Positions 23,278 to 30,912 of a stretch of DNA of 48,195 nucleotides are shown in pieces (positions within the stretch are counted from its first letter, which is position 1; every line of letters begins with the position of its first letter). The position numbers and the translations under genes are program-made. This stretch comes from Spirulinaceae cyanobacterium (lineage in GTDB: Bacteria; Cyanobacteriota; Cyanobacteriia; Cyanobacteriales; Spirulinaceae): NCBI GenBank assembly GCA_049601735.1, contig JBMYQW010000001.1, forward strand, positions 1-48,195, given 5' to 3'. Under the pieces are notes generated by a model, which searched no databases, had not been told where the DNA came from, and saw only the letters and a list, made by a program, of their open reading frames with translations.

Positions 23278-26200
23278 CGGGTCTCGATGGGCTTCCGCCA
23301 GCGGTACGGGAGGCATTTCAACCCGTGCAGTTCCCCATGGGTGCAACCCTCTTAGCTGCCGAGCAGGTTCCCGCTCAAGTGCTCTTTCTGACCTCGGGGC
23401 AGGCGCGTTTGCTGATTCATGACCCCCGCACCGAACGGCTGGTGCCCTTGGCTCGGTTGGAGGCGGGGGCGTTTCTCGGGGCGAATAGCCTGCTGCGGGG
23501 TGTTGCGGGGGTGGGGGCGATCGCCTCCACAGAGATCCTGGCGTTGATGATTCCGGCGGGTCAGTTTCTCTCGCTGGTGGCAGCCTATCCATCATTTGCC
23601 CAAAGGGTGAGTGAGCCCGCTTTGGAGGAAGTGGCTCAGGTGCTCTTGCAGCAGCTTGTCCGCCAAGCGGATGGCACTACCCCGATTCGTCCGCTGGCGC
23701 TGGAGGCATTTCCCCAAGCGCAATTGGGGTCTGGGGGTAATCCTGCTCTGTCAGAGCGTTATGGGCAGAGCAATGGTAATGATGCAATAGAGCGTCCCCT
23801 AGCCGACCTGTGGGCGGAGGAGATTCCCGAATTTTCGGGGTTGGTCTCTACTGCCAACCCTGCCGTACCCGTCACCCCCACATCAGGCTACTGTTGGTTT
23901 GTTTCCGGCGGAACGCTGGACTCCGAGCTGCTCTACAGCAGGATTGAGCAACCAGAGCCGTCGAGCCCATTGCGTCTGTTGGGACTGCCCTTAGAATTTC
24001 TGCCCTCCCGTCCCCAGCCAACCGATACCGCCCCGCCTGCTCCACCCCTCGCGCCTCGTCCCGAAGCCACATCTGACACCCGACACCCAATCCCCGACAC
24101 CCCGCCTCAATCTCCCCTTGCTCCTGCACCAAACCCCCACACCCCATCCCCAACACCCTCTACCCCTACCGCCGAAACGCCACCCAGCCTCAAAAAATAT
24201 CCCTATACCCACGGTTCCGGCCCCCTCCACGGCACGTTGGCTTGCTTCAAGATGCTTACCACCTTCCTGGAGCTGCCCTACCGCCCCGATGTGATGCGGC
24301 GGGTGTTGCAAGATCGCTTGCGTAAGGATGGCTCCCTCTCGTTGGAGTTCTGTGCGGCGATTGGGGATCTTTTAGGCTTACAAGTCCAGCTCACCCATTG
24401 CCCGGCGGAAGTTCTACCCCGTGTACCCACCCCGGCACTCCTGGCATGGGAGGATTCCTTTGCCGTGCTCTATGAAACCCGACCCAACCTCTTGGTCGTG
24501 GGCATTCCTGCGGCAGGGGTGCAACGCTATACACCCGCTGAACTCCAATCCCTTTGGGGCAATGAGGGGCCGGTCTTGCTGTTGCAGCGCACCCTAACCA
24601 CCCCCAAGCAACGCTTTGGCTTGTCTTGGTTTCTGCCTGCGGTCTCCCAATATCGCCGGGTACTGCTGGAGGTCTTTCTCGCTTCCTTCTTTGTCCAGCT
24701 CTTTGCCCTAGTCAATCCCTTGATGACGCAACAGATCATTGACAAGGTGATTGTCCAGGAAGCGCCGGATTCGCTACCCACGTTTGGCTTGATTCTCTTG
24801 GTCGTGGGCGTGTTTGAATCTTTGCTCACGGTCTTGCGTACCTATCTGTTTGTGGATACGACCAATCGGATTGACTATGGCTTGGGCTCGCAGATCATTG
24901 ACCATCTGCTGCGCCTGCCCCTGGGCTTCTTCAGTCGGCGGCCGGTGGGGGAATTAACCAGTCGGGTGAATGAGTTGGAGAATATTCGCCAATTTCTCAC
25001 GGGCACGGCGTTGACGGTGGTGCTCGATGCGCTGTTTTCGGTGATCTATGTGGCGATTCTCTTTTTCTACAGTGTCAAGTTGGCATTGGTGGCGCTGGCG
25101 GTTGTGCCGCTGTTTATCCTGCTGACGATTCTGCTCTCCCCAGAGATTCGTCGTCGCTTGCGGGTGAAGGCGGAGCGGAATGCGGCGACCCAGTCCCATC
25201 TGGTGGAAGTGCTCTCGGGTATGGAGACGGTGAAGGCACAGAACATTGAGTTGAAGTCACGGATGTCTTGGCAACAACGCTATGGACGTTACGTGATTGC
25301 GGGCTTTCGAGCGATTCAGCTCTCGACGGTTGCCAGTGCGTTGAGTGGCTTTTTGAATAAGTTCTCAGGACTGCTGGTGCTCTGGGCGGGGGCTTATTTG
25401 GTGATTGCCGGGGAGATGACGCTGGGGGAGTTGATTGCCTTTCGGATTATTGCGGGCTATGTGACGAGTCCCCTATTACGCCTCTCCCAACTCTGGCAAA
25501 ACTTTCAGGAGACGGCACTTTCTTTGGAGCGTTTGAGCGACATTGTGGATCATCCCCAAGAGGCGGAGGCGGATGCGCGGGGTAATCTGCCGATGCCGTT
25601 GGTGGCGGGCAAGATTGAATATGACCAGGTCTCGTTTCGCTTTGGCAATAGTGGCCCGTTGCAGTTGGATAATGTCTCGCTGGAGATTCCGGCGGGGGCG
25701 TTTGTGGGGATTGTGGGCTTGAGTGGCTCGGGGAAGAGTACGCTGACCAAACTATTACCACGTTTGTATCATCCCTTGGGGGGCAGGATTCTGGTGGATG
25801 GCTATGACATTCACAAAGTTGAACTCTATTCCCTACGACGCCAGATTGGCATTGTGCCCCAGAATACGCTGTTGTTTGAGGGCACGGTGCAGGAGAATAT
25901 TGCCCTGACCAACCCAGATGCGACGTTTGAGGAGATTGTGGCAGCGGCTGAGGTGGCAGCCGCTCATGATTTCATTATGGAGCTGCCCGCGGGCTACAAC
26001 TCCCTAGTGGGGGAGCGAGGCTCGAACCTGTCGGGGGGACAGCGTCAGCGGGTTGCCATTGCCCGGACGGTGCTCCAAGACCCCCGCCTGCTGATTATGG
26101 ATGAGGCGACCAGCGCCCTGGACTATGACACGGAGGCGCAGGTCTGTCGGAATTTAGTGCAGGCGTTCAAAGGACGCACGGTGCTGTTTATCACCCATCG

Positions 26201-26333
26201 CCTCAGAACCATCCAGAATGCTGACCGGATTGTGATGATGGGCAATGGCGCGATTCTGGAGCAGGGAAGCCATGAAGAACTGATGCAGTTGCGGGGCAGT
26301 TATTACTGTTTGTTTCGGCAGCAGGATGGGTGA
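23256..26333 (+). CDS. Type I secretion-type ABC exporter with an N-terminal cNMP-binding-like domain, a proline-rich linker, a non-catalytic C39-like domain, a TMD and an NBD
   Basis: 1025-aa ORF, with an alternative start at 23274. Walker A is GLSGSGKSTL, the signature is LSGGQRQR, Walker B is LLIMDEATSALD and the H-loop is FITHRL. The CAP-like segment is LFLTSGQARLLIHDPRTERLVPLARLEAGAFLGANSLL. The C39-like segment is GPLHGTLACFKMLTTFLELPY...LLAWEDSFAVLYE...VVGIPAAG. The proline-rich linker is encoded at about 24000-24180. Confidence 0.9.
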   Translation: MAGRAIMTGLDGLPPAVREAFQPVQFPMGATLLAAEQVPAQVLFLTSGQARLLIHDPRTERLVPLARLEAGAFLGANSLLRGVAGVGAIASTEILALMIPAGQFLSLVAAYPSFAQRVSEPALEEVAQVLLQQLVRQADGTTPIRPLALEAFPQAQLGSGGNPALSERYGQSNGNDAIERPLADLWAEEIPEFSGLVSTANPAVPVTPTSGYCWFVSGGTLDSELLYSRIEQPEPSSPLRLLGLPLEFLPSRPQPTDTAPPAPPLAPRPEATSDTRHPIPDTPPQSPLAPAPNPHTPSPTPSTPTAETPPSLKKYPYTHGSGPLHGTLACFKMLTTFLELPYRPDVMRRVLQDRLRKDGSLSLEFCAAIGDLLGLQVQLTHCPAEVLPRVPTPALLAWEDSFAVLYETRPNLLVVGIPAAGVQRYTPAELQSLWGNEGPVLLLQRTLTTPKQRFGLSWFLPAVSQYRRVLLEVFLASFFVQLFALVNPLMTQQIIDKVIVQEAPDSLPTFGLILLVVGVFESLLTVLRTYLFVDTTNRIDYGLGSQIIDHLLRLPLGFFSRRPVGELTSRVNELENIRQFLTGTALTVVLDALFSVIYVAILFFYSVKLALVALAVVPLFILLTILLSPEIRRRLRVKAERNAATQSHLVEVLSGMETVKAQNIELKSRMSWQQRYGRYVIAGFRAIQLSTVASALSGFLNKFSGLLVLWAGAYLVIAGEMTLGELIAFRIIAGYVTSPLLRLSQLWQNFQETALSLERLSDIVDHPQEAEADARGNLPMPLVAGKIEYDQVSFRFGNSGPLQLDNVSLEIPAGAFVGIVGLSGSGKSTLTKLLPRLYHPLGGRILVDGYDIHKVELYSLRRQIGIVPQNTLLFEGTVQENIALTNPDATFEEIVAAAEVAAAHDFIMELPAGYNSLVGERGSNLSGGQRQRVAIARTVLQDPRLLIMDEATSALDYDTEAQVCRNLVQAFKGRTVLFITHRLRTIQNADRIVMMGNGAILEQGSHEELMQLRGSYYCLFRQQDG

Positions 26334-26656
26334 AAGGGGAAGGATGAAGGATGAATAAATTGGCTGGTTTTGAGTGGCAAGTAAAAAGTAATGAGTTTTG
26401 GAGAAGTTCATAATGCGACCGTCTTTTAATTCCAGCCGGGTTGAGAATACTGGCCCCTATTGCAAGAGTCTGAGATGGCAATCTCCATCTCAGCAGGAGG
26501 TGTCGGGGGACTGGTCCCCTGACAACCGGGTTTGGCAGCGAGGTTGTTCGTTTTTCAAGGACGCGAATGGTGAGTGAACCATGACTTCTGTTTGCATCGA
26601 TGCAATGGATTGAACCAATATTTTTGAATTTCTACTTTTGAATTTTGCATTGAACC

Positions 26657-28162
26657 ATGCCCCAATCCTCCAAACCCCCCACCCAACCCACCAACCTCGT
26701 CCCCTTCCCCAACCAACCCCCAGGGGAGCTAACAGCCTTTGAAGATCCAATTCTGCTCAAACAATCGCCCTTTTGGTCACGATTACTCCTCTGGGCGCTC
26801 CTAACCATGACGACGTTTACGATTGGCTGGGTGTTTTTGGCGCAGATTGACCAGGTGGTCGTGGCTCAGGGGGAGTTGGAGCCCCAGGGCAAGGTGGAAG
26901 AGGTGCAGGCGGTGGCGAATGTCACGGTGGATGAGGTGCTGGTGGAGAATGGCGAAGTGGTGGAGCGGGGGGAGCGGTTGATTGCTCTGGATACAGCGGC
27001 GCTGGAGACGGAGCTGGAGAGTTTAAAGCGGCAGTTTTTGCTGCTGTCCCAGGAGACGGCGTTTTATCGGGCGCAGTTGGGCAATGGGTCATTGCAGGGG
27101 GTGGATCTGGCGTTGGTGGATGTGCCGGCGGATATTTTGTTTTTGGTCAGAGACCGGAGTAATTTGCTCGGTGAGATTGCCCTGCTGCGTTCGCAGTTGG
27201 GTCAGAGCTCGGGGGGACTTTCTGCGGAGCAGCGGGCGCGGTTGCGGAGTTCTCAGGCGAGTTTGCAGGCGCAGTTGCAGGTGGATGAGTTGGCGGTGTC
27301 TCAATTGCAGAGTCAGTTGGCGCAAACTAGGGTGGAGCTGGCAAATGCCCGGACGGATTTGGCATTAGAGCAGGATAAGCTCTCGCGCTATGAGGCGTTG
27401 GAGAAAGAAGGGGCGGTGGCGGAGTTGGTGACGATTGAGCAGGAACAGAAAGTGAATGGGGTGGAGACGCAGGTGGGGGTACTGACGAAGGAGGTGCAGC
27501 GGTTGGAGCGGGCGATCTCGCAGGCCCAGGCGACGGTTTCAACCACCGTGCATGGGGAGACAACGGCGGTGCAGGGGCGGATCGCCGAGGCGCAGCAGCA
27601 GCTCAAGGAGTTGGATGCGCGGTTGGGCAAGTTAATTGTGGACAATGAGCGGCAGTTGGCGCAGCTTGAGGGTGAAATTGAGCAGACGGAGGCGCTGCGG
27701 GTGGAGCATGAGTTGGTGGCGCCGGTGGCGGGGGTGGTGTTTGAGTTGGAAGCCTATGAGGGCTTGGTGGCGAATCGCTCGGAGGTGCTTTTGAAGGTGG
27801 TGCCGGGGGATGCGCTGGTGGCGGAGGTGTTTATTGCGGCGGATGATATTGCCTATGTGCAGCGGCAGATGGCGGTGGATGTGCGCCTGGAGGCGTTTTC
27901 GAGTAGTGATGGGGCGAAGGTTGAGGGGACGCTGATTTGGATTGGGGATGATGCGATTGAGCCGGATGAACTCAATCCCTATCATCGCTATCCGGCGAAG
28001 GTGCGGCTAGAGCAGCAAACAGTGGAGGTGCGGGGAGAGGTGAAGCGGCTGAAGCCGGGGATGCGGGTGAGTGCTTCGATTAAGGAGCGCAGGCGTCCGG
28101 TTTTTGCTGTGTTTGCGGATTTTTTGACGGACCGCTGGGATAGCTTGAAGAAGATGCGCTGA
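26657..28162 (+). CDS. HlyD-family membrane fusion (periplasmic adaptor) protein
   Basis: 501-aa ORF. It has an N-terminal cytoplasmic tail followed by one TM segment (FWSRLLLWALLTMTTFTIGWVFLA). The lipoyl-like hairpin reads VVAQGELEPQGKVEEVQA. A long coiled-coil section is rich in Q/L/E. The C-terminal beta-barrel motif reads LKPGMRVSASI. It sits downstream of the ABC gene. Confidence 0.85.
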   Translation: MPQSSKPPTQPTNLVPFPNQPPGELTAFEDPILLKQSPFWSRLLLWALLTMTTFTIGWVFLAQIDQVVVAQGELEPQGKVEEVQAVANVTVDEVLVENGEVVERGERLIALDTAALETELESLKRQFLLLSQETAFYRAQLGNGSLQGVDLALVDVPADILFLVRDRSNLLGEIALLRSQLGQSSGGLSAEQRARLRSSQASLQAQLQVDELAVSQLQSQLAQTRVELANARTDLALEQDKLSRYEALEKEGAVAELVTIEQEQKVNGVETQVGVLTKEVQRLERAISQAQATVSTTVHGETTAVQGRIAEAQQQLKELDARLGKLIVDNERQLAQLEGEIEQTEALRVEHELVAPVAGVVFELEAYEGLVANRSEVLLKVVPGDALVAEVFIAADDIAYVQRQMAVDVRLEAFSSSDGAKVEGTLIWIGDDAIEPDELNPYHRYPAKVRLEQQTVEVRGEVKRLKPGMRVSASIKERRRPVFAVFADFLTDRWDSLKKMR

Positions 28163-28461
28163 GGGGGATGTTCAGAAAACTGTGCCTGCTCCGGCTGGAA
28201 CCCTTGATTTTTCGTTGCCAGAATCGGGGGTTACACAAAATCCGGATCAGACCCTTCAGGGGAACGGGAGTGACGATGCTTTCTCTTACGTGATCTACTG
28301 CTGGTTCATCTAGCGTTTTTTAATCAGGCCAAGCCTTCCCAAACGGCAACCTTGCCGAGTAGCCGGGTTATCAGTCGCGGATTGGCCTATCTTTCCAAAT
28401 GACTTAGAAGTTTTTAATTCATCCTTTCAGAAACCAAATCTCACTTATCAGGGGTCACGCT

Positions 28462-28549
28462 ATAATGACCGACTCTTCATTTCTGAGGATTTATTGTTTA
28501 ACAGAAACGACATTCTGTTAAATAACAATTGAAGTAAAGTATTTTTGTA
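28462..28549. repeat. Left copy of an ~88-bp imperfect direct repeat (att-like site A)
   Basis: The sequence ttctgaggatttattgtttaacagaaacgacattctgttaaataacaattgaagtaaagtatttttgta aligns with 47302-47370, ttcttgaggattcattgttcaaccgaaaagacattctgttcaataaaacttggactatagagtatttgtat. Identity is about 75-80% by eye, with small indels. It is AT-rich and lies 145 bp beyond the stop of the 739-aa recombinase gene. Confidence 0.7.
28497..28522. promoter_or_regulatory. Candidate tyrosine-recombinase core site: perfect 10-bp inverted arms around a 6-bp spacer
   Basis: The sequence is tttaacagaa-acgaca-ttctgttaaa. The arm at 28497-28506 is the exact reverse complement of the arm at 28513-28522. The geometry (two inverted arms, 6-bp central region) matches Xer/Int core sites. 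Confidence 0.5.
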
Positions 28550-28692
28550 CTTTGTGTCAATAGACAGGATTAATTGATAATATTGGACTAGCGAACGGTC
28601 GGGGAGTTCGGGAGCGTCACCACTCCCTTCTCCCCTAAAAACCGAACGAGCGATCTGAAAGTTGCACTTGAAAGCGAGGGTTTTGGGCGATC

Positions 28693-30912
28693 TTATTGCT
28701 GGCTCCTACACTTGCGCCGCTTATACTCCTGCAACTGATGCGGCGACAACAAATCAACTACATCAGGATCAAGATCGTGCGCATCTTTGAGACAGAGTTC
28801 CGCTGATGCCCCATCCACCTCAACAGCCTTCAACTCATACATCCCCTCAATCTCAGTGGCAAAGCGCTCCATCATATTCTGTGCCGGACGTAGCTCCTGA
28901 AAGCTCTGAAGTTCCGTGTAATTTTTGCGCTGCTGCTCCTCCGAGTGACGCTGCATCTTCGCCAGAGATCGCCGTTCTGCATCAGTGATGTTTTGCTCCA
29001 GGGCATAGGTCACTAGAATCGAGCGCAAGAGGTGCGGTCGAACCCCCGTATAGCCCGTAAACTGTGCCAACGCCCGCTCAAAAGCATACCCATAGTGACT
29101 GGAATCAACCGCTCGCCCCTTCTCGGTGGTAAAAAAATAATTGTGCAGCGGGTTCTGTCCCAAGAACGGACGCCATTGAGCCAACCACTCATCCATGTAG
29201 TCATAGAGAGTCTTCCCCGTACGAAAGCGACGATTGGGAATATGGCACGTCCAGCCACCCACATCGATCGTATTGCGTTTGCCATCCGCTGGCGTGAGAT
29301 CCAGCCACCACAATGCATTCTCCTGCTCCAATGGCGATAGCTTGTCATAGGGCGTAAAGGCAGTTCCTGTCGCGTTAAAGCAACCCCGAATCAACGTCTT
29401 ACCCAGCTCTAAACTGTAATAAACCTTGGAGCGGCCGGGGGGCAATGCCGTGGCGATCGCCAAGATCAGCGCCCGCTTTAAATCCCGGGCTATGGCGAGA
29501 TCACTACGGTCAACTTGGCAAATTCGGGGAGACCCATCAGCCCTTTGAGCTCGTTTCGTCCGGGTCACTTGGGTTTTGTCCTTCTGCTCATATTTCTGAA
29601 AGGCGAGATCAACTGCCAGAAATACGGCTGGCCAAGGCACCATACGCTGCCGTTTTGCCTGTTTCATTCGGGTCTTCTCTCCAGAGCTAATCGCCAATTC
29701 GCAATGGGTGTTCGCCAGTTGCCGGAAAGCACGAATAATGGGCACATCTTCAAAGCCACGCTCTGGCTTGAAATGTTCGGTCTGATCCGCGTACAAATAA
29801 CGGGCTAAGTTAATCCAACTTTTGGTGTAGTTCACCCGACTATCATGCTGGACATCCTTCGCGTTTAAATACCGTTCCAAGCGCTGTCGGGAGGTCTTGA
29901 CCGTTTCATCCAAGGTCTCCTGAGCCATCACTTTGGCGAGCGCCAGCTCCTCGCGGGCGCGGCGGGGATTATTCGGGTATTGTTTGCAGAACGTACTGAG
30001 GCGCAATGTTTTCGGCAGCGGCGGTGCCTCGACGAGATCCTGCAAAGAGAGTTCAGCCAAAGGAATCTTCTCGGTGGTCACCACCCAATCGAAGGCTCGC
30101 AATATTTCGTGGACATCTCGCCGTACGGTTTGAAAAGAGCGGTTACAACGACAGAATAGAAAATTGGCAAATTCCAGCAGGCTACGATCCAGATCGGGGT
30201 TCCCCAACGCCAGCGCCGGTTCAATAGTCCTCAAGACTATCCAGAGCAGGATGAGCCCCAGCTTGTGGGAGCGCAGGCTGACGCCAGCCGCAGCCATGAA
30301 CATCTGATGCCACCCAAAAGGAATCACCGGGGCTGCGACCACTTGATAATGGGCTAAGTCTCGCCCAAACATTTGATTGGCAAAGCTCCGACCCCGCTTA
30401 TTCACATTGGGCGGAGCACCCTGACTATGGCGATAGATCACCAGGGGCTCTGGGGGGTCGGGCTCGGCGCTGAACCAGTCTTGTTGTTGCATCCACTGCT
30501 CAAATGCTTTGAACTTCGAGCGCAGATTGTTTTGCACCGATTTGGGCAGCTGGGCCTGCTTGCTGTATTGTTCAATCTTCTCATCCACATTGGTGAGGGC
30601 GGTGAGGGGTAAGTCAGCGAGGAATGCTTGCGCTTCCTGGCTCGCTTGATGAGTGAGTCGGGCACAGGTATGGCTGGGCCCGCCTAATGCGGGGGTTAAA
30701 TGACGGAAGAAAACCGATTGGACTCCTTTTTTCTGACTATCACTCACGTCAGGTTCTTCAAGGAAGAACGTTAATGCTTGGCCGACAGATTGGGGTCGTG
30801 TCACTTGAGACAATGGCACTTCAAGGAACTGTTGGTTGGCATCCGCCACGATTGTGGTGAAACCGGGAACTTGGTAGTCCGTCTGGGTTGAATAATGCGG
30901 GGTAAAATCCAT
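28693..30912 (-). CDS. Large divergent tyrosine recombinase (739 aa from the ATG at 30912), with a C-terminal catalytic domain and an ~470-aa uncharacterised N-terminal region
   Basis: This is track ORF 28693-30969, which starts on TTG. The ATG at 30912 gives MDFTPHYS.... The catalytic-domain motifs appear in order: ATALPPGRSKVYYSLELG (Arg I), GVRPHLLRSILVTYAL (His-x-x-Arg) and MQRHSEEQQRKNYTE (His ... Tyr). Confidence 0.7.
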   Translation of the reverse strand: MDFTPHYSTQTDYQVPGFTTIVADANQQFLEVPLSQVTRPQSVGQALTFFLEEPDVSDSQKKGVQSVFFRHLTPALGGPSHTCARLTHQASQEAQAFLADLPLTALTNVDEKIEQYSKQAQLPKSVQNNLRSKFKAFEQWMQQQDWFSAEPDPPEPLVIYRHSQGAPPNVNKRGRSFANQMFGRDLAHYQVVAAPVIPFGWHQMFMAAAGVSLRSHKLGLILLWIVLRTIEPALALGNPDLDRSLLEFANFLFCRCNRSFQTVRRDVHEILRAFDWVVTTEKIPLAELSLQDLVEAPPLPKTLRLSTFCKQYPNNPRRAREELALAKVMAQETLDETVKTSRQRLERYLNAKDVQHDSRVNYTKSWINLARYLYADQTEHFKPERGFEDVPIIRAFRQLANTHCELAISSGEKTRMKQAKRQRMVPWPAVFLAVDLAFQKYEQKDKTQVTRTKRAQRADGSPRICQVDRSDLAIARDLKRALILAIATALPPGRSKVYYSLELGKTLIRGCFNATGTAFTPYDKLSPLEQENALWWLDLTPADGKRNTIDVGGWTCHIPNRRFRTGKTLYDYMDEWLAQWRPFLGQNPLHNYFFTTEKGRAVDSSHYGYAFERALAQFTGYTGVRPHLLRSILVTYALEQNITDAERRSLAKMQRHSEEQQRKNYTELQSFQELRPAQNMMERFATEIEGMYELKAVEVDGASAELCLKDAHDLDPDVVDLLSPHQLQEYKRRKCRSQQ

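Noticed and set aside
23272-25761. Minus-strand ORFs inside the ABC gene (23272-23595, 23872-24156, 23991-24311, 24527-24829, 24954-25199, 25447-25761). Similar antisense ORFs lie inside HlyD, Rep (for example 31903-32403, 32601-33104, 33903-34352, 34270-34875), the ATPase (41316-41828), DUF1016 (45183-45671) and the integrase (46508-46894).
   Set aside because: Each is fully overlapped by a longer ORF that has clear family motifs. Their translations are R/P/G-rich antisense artefacts of high-GC coding sequence.
26412-26576. A 54-codon ATG ORF (MRPSFNSSRVENTGPYCKSL...) in the ABC-HlyD spacer, considered as a possible double-glycine bacteriocin precursor for the C39-type exporter.
   Set aside because: It has no GG/GA leader-type motif. 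The exporter's C39-like domain lacks all catalytic residues. The ORF overlaps the hairpins that better explain the region as structured or regulatory RNA.
28163-28692. A tRNA or tmRNA gene as integration target at the element's left end, and likewise at 47198-47541 on the right. One candidate was the region with pairing ends aggccaa...ttggcct near 28325-28392.
   Set aside because: No cloverleaf can be drawn. The paired segment is only about 60 nt, lacks a T-loop (GTTCGAATC-like) sequence and has a mismatched acceptor stem. No tRNA-like sequence is seen on the right side either.
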